This document shows positions 39,428 to 49,279 of a stretch of DNA of 64,000 nt, in pieces (the first letter of the stretch is position 1; every line of letters starts with the position of its first letter). Origin of the DNA: Candidatus Nanoarchaeia archaeon (GTDB taxonomy: Bacteria > Patescibacteriota > Microgenomatia > Woykebacterales > RBG-16-39-9b); the NCBI GenBank assembly GCA_036514715.1, contig DATBWR010000013.1, positions 6,779-70,778 on the forward strand, given 5' to 3'. The notes beneath the pieces are model-generated. The model did not search any database. It had not been told where the DNA came from and saw only the letters and a program-made list of their open reading frames with translations. Made by a program: the position numbers and the translations under genes.

Positions 39428-39892
39428 GTGCCTCGTAGCAGCAGTAAAAGTGCCCGACGCAAAAAGAGACAGAAATGGGAAAAGAAGCACCCAAAAAACA
39501 GTTCCATACTTCCACCTGTCTACGTCGTTGACTCTACCCCAAAGAAGCCAGGGGTGTCTGTTCTCAGCCTGATGGGTAGGTTGGGGTTTTCTCTCACCCT
39601 CTTTCCGAAACCCAATCTGGAAGCGGTAAGGTTAGAGAGCGTGACAGTTCTCGAACTTGAGGAAGAAGACAAGGTCGAGGAAGAAACAGCCCTGACAGCA
39701 GCTGAGGCCATCCCACAGGCAGTAGTCATCGTAAAGGCTGTGGAGGAAGAACCATTACCGACAACTCTTGCAGAAACTCAACAAGCGGTGAAAGAAGCAC
39801 GGTCAAAGTGGCTTGAAACTACTGACCCAGAAGAGACGGATCGTCGTTACTATAGCTGGAAGCGGTTGAGAGAACACGAGAGAACTTTCTAA
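39428..39892 (+). CDS. Hypothetical protein (basic N-terminus, acidic middle)
   Basis: GGGAG RBS, upstream TATAAT, terminator at 39891-39925. Confidence 0.6.
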   Translation: MPRSSSKSARRKKRQKWEKKHPKNSSILPPVYVVDSTPKKPGVSVLSLMGRLGFSLTLFPKPNLEAVRLESVTVLELEEEDKVEEETALTAAEAIPQAVVIVKAVEEEPLPTTLAETQQAVKEARSKWLETTDPEETDRRYYSWKRLREHERTF

Positions 39893-39929
39893 GAGACTTC
39901 AGAAATGAGGTCTCTTTTCTTTTTCGAAA

Positions 39930-40721
39930 TTATTGGAAGGGATCGGCTTTACCTAGCGGGAAGTTTGAAGGGTTGGCGGAAAATTCGATTTTTTTCTCAA
40001 TATTCTCAAGTAAATCCTTGTCGGCTTTTGATAAGCTAGCAACACTTTCGGCACTAGCAGTGTTTAAGCCTTTAGATGAGAGCGGCAAAACATACACCAC
40101 ATTCACAGTTACTTCGCCAGTTGAAGCAACTTGATTAGCAGTCACCTTACTAACCCCGGCAGCCCGATCTAAACTTTCCAATTTAGAAAGAACCGCCTCA
40201 ATAGCGCTGTATGTTCCCCGGTAGGAAATTTGTAAGTAAATTTCACTTGAGGAAGCTTTGGTGGTTGGCTGAGGTGAGGATTTTGAAGAAGTAGACGAAG
40301 AGTCTAAGGACGCGACTCCTGCACCAGCGGCCGGACCAACTGAAGGCGTTGAGGCAGCCGCGATCAGTGGCTTGGCAGCAGAAATGGCTACACTGGTAAC
40401 TTCTACACCGAAGTTAGCGGCAAGACTTTCATTGAGCGTGGCAAAATGCAGGTGGTCCCCTTCCTCAGGGTAAAATAAACTAAGCAACTCTGAAAATCCC
40501 TCAAGATCAGTTCCGCTTGACTGCCTGACCAAATTAATGTTTTTTGTTAAAGAGTCAACTTTACTTTGAGTTGTGACAACTGTTTCCTGAGCTTTGTTCC
40601 AATCTGAAACCTGCGGTAAAATAAAGAGTGTCGCAACTAACAGACTGATTACAATTGTAACTGCTAAGCCTCCAATAATTAGGGCGAGGGGTTTTTTTAA
40701 AATCTCAGTTAATTTTTTCAT
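39930..40721 (-). CDS. PilO-like pilus assembly protein
   Basis: TM, coiled coil, GTY...LESLDR, GKADPF; gene context. Confidence 0.65.
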   Translation of the reverse strand: MKKLTEILKKPLALIIGGLAVTIVISLLVATLFILPQVSDWNKAQETVVTTQSKVDSLTKNINLVRQSSGTDLEGFSELLSLFYPEEGDHLHFATLNESLAANFGVEVTSVAISAAKPLIAAASTPSVGPAAGAGVASLDSSSTSSKSSPQPTTKASSSEIYLQISYRGTYSAIEAVLSKLESLDRAAGVSKVTANQVASTGEVTVNVVYVLPLSSKGLNTASAESVASLSKADKDLLENIEKKIEFSANPSNFPLGKADPFQ

Positions 40722-41263
40722 CTCTTGATCGTCAAACTCAGATTAATTAAGTAATCTTCAGCCTCACTATTTTTGGTAATACTGGCTAATTTCACATCCG
40801 AAAAACTTTTCTCTCTTACCAAGACGTCATACAATTGATAACCGTCGGCGGCTGTTGCCACTGAGGCTTGCAGAGTTGTCTTGCCCAAATTATCAACGTC
40901 CAGCGAAATAAGGGTTACAGAGGTCGGCAGATACTTCTTCAGGGTTGTCAGATAAACGTTAGGAAGGGGGTAACTTTTTTGGAAAGCAACGTATGAGTTT
41001 AGCTTGTTCTTGACAGCGGAAAGTTGCGCTGCTGCTGAGGCAACAGACTGCCACTCTTGGTTTTTGGCTACCAAGGCGGTTTCTAGCTCCTGAACCTCAC
41101 TTTCCGCACCAGCCTTAAGAAGAAAAATACCCACACCAGCACCGATTGTTAGGAAAATGATTAACCCAAACAAAGCTAAAAATGGAGTAGCTTTATTACG
41201 CCGGACCGCCTTCTCCGACTCAGTCAGAAGATCAATGTCTTTAGCTTTTTTTAGATCAACCAT
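40718..41263 (-). CDS. PilN-like pilus assembly protein
   Basis: IDLL N-terminal motif, TM, LP..V.L; gene context. Confidence 0.7.
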   Translation of the reverse strand: MVDLKKAKDIDLLTESEKAVRRNKATPFLALFGLIIFLTIGAGVGIFLLKAGAESEVQELETALVAKNQEWQSVASAAAQLSAVKNKLNSYVAFQKSYPLPNVYLTTLKKYLPTSVTLISLDVDNLGKTTLQASVATAADGYQLYDVLVREKSFSDVKLASITKNSEAEDYLINLSLTIKR

Positions 41264-41324
41264 AGGGCAGCTTCATACTCAAAACTTAAGTCTATTTTAA
41301 CAGCAAATGATCTTAACAACAACT

Positions 41325-42941
41325 TCATCTCTCCTTCCACGAAAGAATTGTGTAACTTCCGGTGGTCGGAAAATGTGGTGGCGGAACTAGAGTCAAATAA
41401 GGGTCGTAAAGCAAATTTCTGGTTTGATAGCCAGTGCCATCGGTGTAGGCAAAACCGTAGCGAAGATTGGTGCCGATTGAGCCGTAGACAGTAATAATGT
41501 TGCGAGTGTAACTAGTCCCACAAGAGCTTGAGTAATAATTGCGCCCCACCCGACCGTTTTGGGCCAGTAGCGCTGCATCAATCCTCAGTTCCTGGTTATC
41601 AGCACTTCCAGAAAAGGCTCCTTCGCTAGCGTAACCAACGGTAACACTCCTTTGAGCAACCACGCCAATCTTGTCAGTACCATCATAATTGGTATATTCC
41701 AAGTCGTTATTAATAATCACTGATTTTTGTTGCGCAGGAGTAGCACCAATGTGGGCGGCCACAATTGTAACCTGGGAACCATTAATTTGTCCGTCGAGCC
41801 AAAGTCTGGTTGTATCAGAGGTTTTGTCTTCAACAAAGATCACTCCGTTGGAAGGAAAAGGCACGTTGTTAGCCAAAAGAACCTCCCCTGGAGGGCTGAT
41901 TCTGATGCTTTCGCGCGGCGAACTACAGCTTCCTTGACTAAGAACGTTGGTAACACGGTAGATGTCGAAAGTATCGTTGGTCCTTAAAACAATATGATAG
42001 CCTAGACTTCCTGAATTTCCGTAGTAGACACCTTCACCTGGAACTTGTCCTAAATCCCTTAACTCCTGCAGGTCAGTGGTCACTGCGGCAAAGTTTACCG
42101 GCGGCACGGGAAATTGCCGACCAGCTAGAAAAACATCGTTAGGATCAGGCTGGTGGGTATGAACCCCATCTTCGTTACCGCCCCCGTGGTCCGGGTCATC
42201 GTAGGTCGTCATTGCGCTGGTCACCAAAGCATGCGCGGCCCCATCAAACCTAATCCCACCGTTATTGTGAACCGGTCCGAAAGTTTCGGTCCCTTCCCCG
42301 ATTCTCAGGTGGTTGACCGTATCATTGGCGATGATTGAGTAGTTAGCAAAGGAAGGTATGCCCAATTCAGCCACGATCGCACGGTTTTCATTGCCGTCGT
42401 TAATATCGCCCCGCGCTTCAACGGTAACTCGGTTACTGCCGTTATTACCGGCTCCTGCCCCACAGACTCCAAGACTGTCGCCATGGTCCAAATGGGCTTG
42501 AAGAGCCGAAGGAGAAACTTCGATGGTTACGTCTGGATCAGGAGGTGTGTGGCAAAGAGTAACCTTCCCACCTTCACCTACTCCCGGGGGAACAATCCAG
42601 AGAGTGTAGGTACCGATAACTTTACTTGAGCTGTCAGTGTAATTGTGCTCGTAGGGCCCGTAAACCGCTTGGCCACCCACACAAGCAGTACCGTCACAAT
42701 AGTCATCAGGATCGTGGGCAAGATGCCACAAGTAATAATTTATCCCTGCTTCGGCGATATCCAACACCGAAATCTGGCGGCTGTTACTATCTGCTTTCCT
42801 AAGGGAAAGTGAAACCAAACCAAAAATGATGCTGATCAAAACCGAGACAATTACCAAAATAATCACTGCACCGATTAGGATAAACCCAGTTGAGTTTTTC
42901 TCTTTCCAAAAGGAAATTGGCAGGTTTTTAAACATAATCAA
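41325..42941 (-). CDS. PilX-like minor pilin
   Basis: GFIL hydrophobic N-terminus, AEAGINYY, PPPHFP...ILSWKE. Confidence 0.75.
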   Translation of the reverse strand: MIMFKNLPISFWKEKNSTGFILIGAVIILVIVSVLISIIFGLVSLSLRKADSNSRQISVLDIAEAGINYYLWHLAHDPDDYCDGTACVGGQAVYGPYEHNYTDSSSKVIGTYTLWIVPPGVGEGGKVTLCHTPPDPDVTIEVSPSALQAHLDHGDSLGVCGAGAGNNGSNRVTVEARGDINDGNENRAIVAELGIPSFANYSIIANDTVNHLRIGEGTETFGPVHNNGGIRFDGAAHALVTSAMTTYDDPDHGGGNEDGVHTHQPDPNDVFLAGRQFPVPPVNFAAVTTDLQELRDLGQVPGEGVYYGNSGSLGYHIVLRTNDTFDIYRVTNVLSQGSCSSPRESIRISPPGEVLLANNVPFPSNGVIFVEDKTSDTTRLWLDGQINGSQVTIVAAHIGATPAQQKSVIINNDLEYTNYDGTDKIGVVAQRSVTVGYASEGAFSGSADNQELRIDAALLAQNGRVGRNYYSSSCGTSYTRNIITVYGSIGTNLRYGFAYTDGTGYQTRNLLYDPYLTLVPPPHFPTTGSYTILSWKER

Positions 42942-43525
42942 AGGTTGGTCTTTTTGAACCTCAATTGTGCCTCTGTTGTGGCGGTAAAATCGGTCTTGAG
43001 GCTAGCATCACCCAAACTTAAAGTCATTCTCACTAAAGTAATATTACCAGTAACAATTGGGGCACTCAACAAATTTCCATCCTGATCGTAATACTCAAAG
43101 ATAGCGCCCGCTCCGTTTTTAACGTCAGTAGCCAGCGTCCTAAAAGTTTCACTGTCTGGATCGTAAGTGTAACTTGGACCAGTACCGGTTGGTGGAATCT
43201 GTCCGCGTATTAGATCTGTGCCGTTTAAGTAAAACCGTACTTGGTAAGGCGCCTCGTCTTCAACGTTTAAATATTCCAAAATGGTAATACCCTGATCAGT
43301 CGCTGCCACTACCCCAGGACCTTGGCGAATTTCTTTGGCCATTCGGTTAATAAGAGCGGTAGCATCAGCTTGGGCGTTGAAGCTACTGAAACCCACCAAA
43401 TGGTATAAAAAGCCAGTACTTATCAACTGAGTGATAAAAATCATAGCGATTGACCCAATTGTGATCGCAACAAGAACTTCGATTATGGTAAACCCTTTGT
43501 TGTGAAAATTTCTTAGCTTGCTCAT
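42938..43525 (-). CDS. Prepilin-type (PilW-like) minor pilin
   Basis: KGFTIIEVLV class III signal. Confidence 0.85.
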   Translation of the reverse strand: MSKLRNFHNKGFTIIEVLVAITIGSIAMIFITQLISTGFLYHLVGFSSFNAQADATALINRMAKEIRQGPGVVAATDQGITILEYLNVEDEAPYQVRFYLNGTDLIRGQIPPTGTGPSYTYDPDSETFRTLATDVKNGAGAIFEYYDQDGNLLSAPIVTGNITLVRMTLSLGDASLKTDFTATTEAQLRFKKTNL

Positions 43526-44949
43526 GGTGCGCTAATAACAAACCCCCCGACTTGAGTAACTACCCGAACGGAAGGGTCGGTAACAATTAAATCCCACGTT
43601 CCTGTCTGAACACCGGTTAGATCAAAAGTCCCAGTTAGTTCAGTGTCTCCACTGGCGCTAGTAACTCCGGTGGCAGCAATATCTGCTTGACCAGAGAGGC
43701 GTAGAACAACAGTTGTACCTGTTGGTAAGTTAGTACCGGTGATTACGAAGTCAACAGTTGAATTATTAACCCCCGAGGCCGGCATCATTGTACTGACAGT
43801 TGGGTGAGAGCTATCGGTGGTTATCACCATACTTACGTTGACCGCTCCTCCTGACGGCACGCTGACTTTCTGGTAAGGCGCTGTGGAAACGATGTAATAA
43901 CCGGAGGGAACGCTGATGCTGTAGCTATCTGTCTCTACGTTGCTAACGTTAACTACCCCTACTCCATCGGTGTCGAGGTTTTGATTGAATTTGTGAGTAT
44001 CCGGCGCGGTGTAAGTGAGTTTGTCTCCAAGCACATTTAAGGTTAAACCAGTAACGGCAGATCCGCTGGTGTCAGTTACGGTAACTTGCATACTCCCCAA
44101 AACATCGATACTCAAAGTTACTGAGGTAATTTGCTGGACAAGAATGTTAAAGTCCGGTTGTACAGGATTTAGGTTGTCTGGTGGGAAGGCTGGGTTTGTC
44201 GAATCAGTTCCGTAACCCCCTAGACTCACCTCAACGTGGTAATCATTATCTGAACTTGGCGGCAAATTTGGTATCTGTACCAAACCGGTGATATCAGTAA
44301 AAGTATTGATATCAACTGGCGGCACTTGATTGGGGTTGGTAACGTGAACTGCTGCGCCAGCGACCGGATCACCCACTGAATTGTCTACCCGCAAAGACAA
44401 AATACCAGTATTACTGGCAGTTTCCGCAGCTTTGGCAGCCATGTTAGTGCTTGTTTGAGCTAGAAATTTGTTGTTGTTGTCACGCACGGTAATAGTTATT
44501 TTTTTATAATCATAAGACCAAAAATCCTGAGGTTTGCCTGGTATAGTACCTTCAGCATTACCGTCAAAAGGGTCGTCTACGTAACTAATTGAGGTATAAA
44601 CTTTGAAAACTGTTCCGTCGATGGTGATATTTTCTTGGTCTGGAAGGTTGCCGGGTGGGTAAATTGCACCGGCGACTGTGGCTACATCATCGTAAGGCAA
44701 GTTGCGAATAAATTCGATTTTTTGGTGGGCTAGGTTTTGAGCCTGGATTTTATCTTTGGCTTGTTGGGAGAATTTCACGAAAAGGTTGATCGTTCCCAAA
44801 ATAGAAATGCCAATAATGGCAAAAATAGCGGTGCCGATAAGAACTTCCGAAAGGGTAAACCCTCGCTCAGAAGCTCGGGACTGCTTCTCAGAAGAAGTAA
44901 ACCCTCGTGAAGATTGGAAGGACTTTTTAAGATAAAAACGGACGGACAT
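43522..44949 (-). CDS. Prepilin-type (PilV-like) protein with carboxypeptidase-regulatory-like and IPT/TIG-like domains
   Basis: RGFTLSEVLI; beta-sandwich repeats. Confidence 0.8.
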   Translation of the reverse strand: MSVRFYLKKSFQSSRGFTSSEKQSRASERGFTLSEVLIGTAIFAIIGISILGTINLFVKFSQQAKDKIQAQNLAHQKIEFIRNLPYDDVATVAGAIYPPGNLPDQENITIDGTVFKVYTSISYVDDPFDGNAEGTIPGKPQDFWSYDYKKITITVRDNNNKFLAQTSTNMAAKAAETASNTGILSLRVDNSVGDPVAGAAVHVTNPNQVPPVDINTFTDITGLVQIPNLPPSSDNDYHVEVSLGGYGTDSTNPAFPPDNLNPVQPDFNILVQQITSVTLSIDVLGSMQVTVTDTSGSAVTGLTLNVLGDKLTYTAPDTHKFNQNLDTDGVGVVNVSNVETDSYSISVPSGYYIVSTAPYQKVSVPSGGAVNVSMVITTDSSHPTVSTMMPASGVNNSTVDFVITGTNLPTGTTVVLRLSGQADIAATGVTSASGDTELTGTFDLTGVQTGTWDLIVTDPSVRVVTQVGGFVISAP

Positions 44950-44979
44950 AGGCAGTTAGTTCTTAAGGTTAATTTTAAC

Positions 44980-45023
44980 AAAAAAGAAGAGCCCTTGCAT
45001 CTTAAGAAGGAAATGCAAGGGCT
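44980..45023 (-). terminator. Terminator after the LeuA-domain gene
   Basis: AGCCCTTGCAT...ATGCAAGGGCT plus T-tract on the minus strand. Confidence 0.75.
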
Positions 45024-45041
45024 TGAGGTCAAGGTTTTCTC

Positions 45042-45488
45042 TCACGCAGTTACGGCCTCTCTTTCCTCTCTGTGGATCTCTGACACAACGACAGCCTTGT
45101 TGATAGCGTTAAGCATTGCTATGGCTGCTGCAACGAACGGATCCGAGACAGGAGACTCTCCCCAGTACCTTCTACGACGGTTTAGCGGCAGGCCGGCCAA
45201 AATCCTCACTCTGGTTACACCAGATATACCGCCACGACTACTATTCATTTTTTGGTCGACGAGGTACTTTTCCAGAAGCCAGTCGTCGCTTTCCTCGCGG
45301 CCAACCGCACTTTTAACCGCCCGCCAAATTGCGTCGACTGAGCTATCATGCGAGTGAGCGACTCCCATTAACGAAACAGTTCCGTCCAGAACTACACGAT
45401 CGAGGTGGACGGTTGCCTGGGTCATACCGAAACCGTCATCTGCTCCGACTCCACCGTTGACGTTAATCGCCTTCAGGTTAAGGTACAT
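45042..45488 (-). CDS. Stand-alone 2-isopropylmalate synthase (LeuA) allosteric/dimerisation-like domain
   Basis: QATV.L...SVDAIWRAV...LEKYLV...G.S..TRVRI...G...SD...AAAIAMLNAINK; AAGGAGG RBS before ATG 45488. Confidence 0.7.
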   Translation of the reverse strand: MYLNLKAINVNGGVGADDGFGMTQATVHLDRVVLDGTVSLMGVAHSHDSSVDAIWRAVKSAVGREESDDWLLEKYLVDQKMNSSRGGISGVTRVRILAGLPLNRRRRYWGESPVSDPFVAAAIAMLNAINKAVVVSEIHREEREAVTA

Positions 45489-45570
45489 ACTTTCCTCCTT
45501 TTGGTCTCTCTCAACCAATAATTACTCGGCTCGGAGTCACGTTCTCCAACACCAATCTCTTTCAAAGCAC

Positions 45571-45596
45571 AAAAAAACTCCCTTTCGGGGAGTTTA
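45571..45596 (-). terminator. Attenuator terminator
   Basis: AAACTCCCC GAAA GGGGAGTTTTTTT. Confidence 0.85.
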
Positions 45597-45619
45597 GTTG
45601 CTCGAAACTAGAAGAGTTC

Positions 45620-45694
45620 TTACATTTCTCCCAAACCAAGGTAGCTCGCGCTAACGAGCTCTCTACTGAGAAGGAGTTGAGAAGAACTAACCAT
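45620..45694 (-). CDS. Putative leader peptide MVSSSQLLLSRELVSASYLGLGEM
   Basis: Three tandem Leu codons; lies between TTGACA-17-TATAAA (45703-45731) and the terminator. Confidence 0.65.
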   Translation of the reverse strand: MVSSSQLLLSRELVSASYLGLGEM

Positions 45695-45713
45695 TGTCTT
45701 GATTTATAGCAAA

Positions 45714-46502
45714 CTATTGCTTGTCTGTCAATGTTTTCGCAAACCACTCTGCCACCGCTGTCTTTACTTCTTCTAAGTGCTGGGGGTTAGAGTAAACATG
45801 GTTCGCACCTTCTATTATCTTCAATGTTTTGTCGCTCGCAGTCAGTCTATCTAGATAATTTTGGCTGTGAGAAAGCAACCTATCATCAGTTCCACAAAGG
45901 ACCATCACCGGGCAATTTATGTTTTCAACTACTTTGTTCGTATCATAACTTGCTCCATCGTCATAAAACTCTCTTCTGAGTTTTAAGTTTTGGTGTGTTC
46001 TGGAAGAGAAAACATTTCCAACACCTTTCTCACGTGCCTCTTGCACCCATTCTCCGTAATGACTTTCAAAAGCTTGTACAAAATTGTAAACCGCGGAGAG
46101 TGGTACTAACGATTTTATTTCCGGATGCTCCGCAGCGTACCAACTAACAACTAGACCCCCCAAAGAGTGGCCAGTTAAACCAATTTTACTTGAGTCAATT
46201 TGTGGTACAATTTTTAGGTAATTAACTGCTTGGTCAAGAACTTCCAGTTCGTAAGAAACGGTCATTTCTTCAAACGGCAACAGGCTCTCACCTGGATCTT
46301 TTACAAAGTCGAAGCGTAAAGTTATGATATCTTTTTTGGAAATTTCTTCCGCAATTTCTTTGATATGAACTTCGTTCCGATCTCCTTTAAAGCCGTGACA
46401 AACGATAACTGCCGGAAAAGGGCCTTCACCATCCGGAATAATTAAAGTGCCCACAATTTTTCTTCCCTGTTTATCTTGGAATTCAACAACTTTTTCTGGC
46501 AT
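45714..46502 (-). CDS. Alpha/beta hydrolase
   Basis: HGF, GHSLGG, GTDD, GANH. Confidence 0.92.
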   Translation of the reverse strand: MPEKVVEFQDKQGRKIVGTLIIPDGEGPFPAVIVCHGFKGDRNEVHIKEIAEEISKKDIITLRFDFVKDPGESLLPFEEMTVSYELEVLDQAVNYLKIVPQIDSSKIGLTGHSLGGLVVSWYAAEHPEIKSLVPLSAVYNFVQAFESHYGEWVQEAREKGVGNVFSSRTHQNLKLRREFYDDGASYDTNKVVENINCPVMVLCGTDDRLLSHSQNYLDRLTASDKTLKIIEGANHVYSNPQHLEEVKTAVAEWFAKTLTDKQ

Positions 46503-46507
46503 TTTTA

Positions 46508-47899
46508 TTAGATAATCTTTTTTAATTTGGGTCCGGCCGGGTCATCAATAACTTCGTAACCAATTTCGGCAATCTGCTTGCGGATTTCGTCACTCTTTAC
46601 GAAGTCTTTATCTTTCCGCGCTTTTTCCCTTTCAGAAACTAAATTCTCGACCTCGGCCGAAACTTTAATTCTAGCTTGGTTTTCCAAATCAAGACCTAAA
46701 ACTTGGTCAAACTTTAATAAACTTTTCAACTTGGCACTGTCTGGGTAGTCGCTTTTGACCAGCTCCCAAACTATCGCTAAAGCCTTAGGCGTATCTAAAT
46801 CGTCATTAATTGCTTCAAGAAAGCGGCTTTCGAACTCTGCACAACCAATTCTAGCTTCGCCTTGGTAGCCGGAAACTTCGCGGTAAAGGTTTTTCAAGGC
46901 GGTTTCGGCTGCTTTCAAAGCTTCCCAGGTAAAATTTAAACGCGTGCTATAATGGGCGGTTAGGACTAGATAACGAAACGCCAACGGATCAACACCTTTG
47001 GCTTCAAGGTCGGCCAAACGGTAAAAATTGCCCAACGACTTAGACATTTTTTCATTTTCAACCAGTAAGTGTTCCCCCTCTAACCAAAACCTGACGAACT
47101 GTTTGCCGGAAGAAGCCTCACTTTGAGCTATTTCATTGGTATGATGGACTGGTATGTGGTCCACCCCACCAGTGTGGATATCGAAGCTTTCTCCCAAATA
47201 TTTCATACTCATCGCCGAGCATTCAATATGCCAACCGGGGAAACCTTTACCCCAAGGACTTTCCCATTCCATCTGCCGTTTCTCACCTATCGGCGAGAAT
47301 TTCCACAGGGCAAAATCAGTTGGATGTTTTTTGCCGGGAACCATTTCAACCCGGGCGCCGGCTCTCAAATTCTTCTGCATGTCCTCCCATGTTTGGCCGG
47401 TCAGTTCTCCGTATTTTGGAAACTTTGAAGTGTCAAAATAAATCCCATCGGCGAGTTTATAAGTAAAGCCTTTTTCTTCTAAAGTTTTGATCAATTCGAT
47501 CATTTCTTTAATATGGTCAGTGGCTTTAGGAACAATTTCCGGCTTTTTGATGTTTAGAGCTTCAATCATGTCAAAAAAGTCTTTAGTGTAAAAATCGGCA
47601 ATTTCCCAAACTGTTTTTTTCTCCCTCTCTGCACCCTTTTCCATCTTGTCTTCGCCGGTGTCTGAGTCACTGGTTAAATGGCCAACGTCAGTGATGTTCA
47701 TCACTCTTTTTACAACAAGGGCGTTGTACTCCAAAGTTCTTTGCAGAATATCGGCGAATATATAGGTCCGAGCGTGGCCAATATGGGCATAGTCGTAAAC
47801 AGTTGGTCCACAAGTGTAAATACCCACCTGACCAGAAGTAATTGGTGTAAATTTTTCCTTTTTGCGGGTCAAAACATTATTCAAGAAAATTTCAGCCAT
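46508..47899 (-). CDS. cysS: Cysteine--tRNA ligase
   Basis: CGPTVY, HIGH, GWHIECS, KMSKS. Confidence 0.98.
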   Translation of the reverse strand: MAEIFLNNVLTRKKEKFTPITSGQVGIYTCGPTVYDYAHIGHARTYIFADILQRTLEYNALVVKRVMNITDVGHLTSDSDTGEDKMEKGAEREKKTVWEIADFYTKDFFDMIEALNIKKPEIVPKATDHIKEMIELIKTLEEKGFTYKLADGIYFDTSKFPKYGELTGQTWEDMQKNLRAGARVEMVPGKKHPTDFALWKFSPIGEKRQMEWESPWGKGFPGWHIECSAMSMKYLGESFDIHTGGVDHIPVHHTNEIAQSEASSGKQFVRFWLEGEHLLVENEKMSKSLGNFYRLADLEAKGVDPLAFRYLVLTAHYSTRLNFTWEALKAAETALKNLYREVSGYQGEARIGCAEFESRFLEAINDDLDTPKALAIVWELVKSDYPDSAKLKSLLKFDQVLGLDLENQARIKVSAEVENLVSEREKARKDKDFVKSDEIRKQIAEIGYEVIDDPAGPKLKKII

Positions 47900-47988
47900 G
47901 AGAAAATTATAGCAGAAAATAATTGCTTTTCTTGACTTTCAGGCTCCAAGAGGTAAAATACAGGCAAATTAAAGAAGGGAAGAGAATC

Positions 47989-48585
47989 ATGCTGAAGCGG
48001 TGGAACGATCTAAGCACTGACAAAAAGCTCTGGGTACTCTTCATCACCGTGGTCCTGATAAGCCCTTTTCTCGCCTACTTAATTATTTGGGCAGTGGAGG
48101 GACCTCCCGGGCCGGCGAGGAACGACCACACAAACCTCGCCATCGATGTTTGGGTCCCAAATGGTGCGGAAATCAAACTGGAGAAGGATCTTCACATTGG
48201 CGAGGCCGCTAGCTTTGAAGATGTGGGGGGCCTTGACAACTTCAAGGCCCTAGGCCTTCCAAAAGTAACGGTGGTAAGAAATTCCGATGACACCCAACTC
48301 ACTTACTGGGCCAAAAACCCTGACAGTGGGTCGGTCACGGACCTTTACCGAGTGGTTGTACCAGTTTATTCTGTTCCGGTTGGATCAAGCTACACTCTAC
48401 TTGAGCATCGCCTTGATCCAGTAAACCAAAAGGTGTATGCGACAATAAACCACTACATTGACCCCCGCTTTGACCGCTATGTGGTATCTGCCCTAGTAAT
48501 GACAGTTGCGGTAACCTGTGGCTTGTTTGTAGGTTTGTACAGAGGATGGAAGATCTTAGAAGCAACTACAGCACAACCAGCTTAA
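47989..48585 (+). CDS. Hypothetical membrane protein
   Basis: N- and C-terminal TM helices; start MLKRW. Confidence 0.6.
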   Translation: MLKRWNDLSTDKKLWVLFITVVLISPFLAYLIIWAVEGPPGPARNDHTNLAIDVWVPNGAEIKLEKDLHIGEAASFEDVGGLDNFKALGLPKVTVVRNSDDTQLTYWAKNPDSGSVTDLYRVVVPVYSVPVGSSYTLLEHRLDPVNQKVYATINHYIDPRFDRYVVSALVMTVAVTCGLFVGLYRGWKILEATTAQPA

Positions 48586-48644
48586 ACACTACAGACGAGC
48601 CAAGACGGTTTGACCTGCGTGAGCCCTGGACTAAAGCGCAAGCT

Positions 48645-49118
48645 TTACGGTTTGGGGCTTTTCTTTCTGGGAAGAGAGTGGGTGTAGGTTTTTTCTTCTT
48701 TGGTAGCCTCTGTTCCGGCGTAGCGGGATTCTATTTTGGTGATTAGATGACGCACTTCGGCTAAATCTCTTTGCAGAGTGTCAAAATCCTCTTGAATATC
48801 TTCAATCTCTTCGTGAATTTCCTCAGTATCTTCCTCCTCTTCTTCCGCTCTCATTTCATCCATTTCAGCTTGGCGGTTTTGGTTGATCATAATGAAGGTT
48901 GCCAAGAAAATAGCCTCGAGGGACAGGAAAATATTAAAAACCTCAATTTGAAACGGCCGGAAGACAAAGAAAAGAGTGAAGGCTAAAACATGCAAGTAAA
49001 CAAAGGTCATACTGCCGGAAAGACGCGTGATGAGATCAGCGAGTTTAACTTCGCCTTCACGGTATTTGCGGCCAAACAAACTAACCATATAATTTTGCTT
49101 CAAAAGTTTTTTAACCAT
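48645..49118 (-). CDS. DUF1003 family membrane protein
   Basis: LADLIT..SGSM.F..H...SLEAIFLATFIMINQNRQ. Confidence 0.8.
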   Translation of the reverse strand: MVKKLLKQNYMVSLFGRKYREGEVKLADLITRLSGSMTFVYLHVLAFTLFFVFRPFQIEVFNIFLSLEAIFLATFIMINQNRQAEMDEMRAEEEEEDTEEIHEEIEDIQEDFDTLQRDLAEVRHLITKIESRYAGTEATKEEKTYTHSLPRKKSPKP

Positions 49119-49130
49119 AGTTGTTCTCCC

Positions 49131-49148
49131 CCTGCCTGCCGGCAGGCA
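49131..49148. repeat. Short REP-like palindrome CCTGCCTGCCGGCAGGCA
   Basis: TGCCTGCCGGCAGGCA is a perfect palindrome. Confidence 0.6.
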
Positions 49149-49149
49149 A

Positions 49150-49279
49150 CAAAAAAGACACCTGAACGCCAAGCGATTTTTTCCCTGTTTAGATTTATCC
49201 GCCAAATAAGGCGGAATATTTTTCACGTCGGGCTCTGGTCGTGAACCAGAGTGCGGCGCATCAAGTGCCCTTATACTTA
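49150..49279 (-). ncRNA. Candidate structured RNA or leader of the DUF1003 gene
   Basis: Promoter TTGCAT-17-TAAAAT; ~17-bp closing stem with G-U pairs, two internal hairpins, U-tract. Confidence 0.5.
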
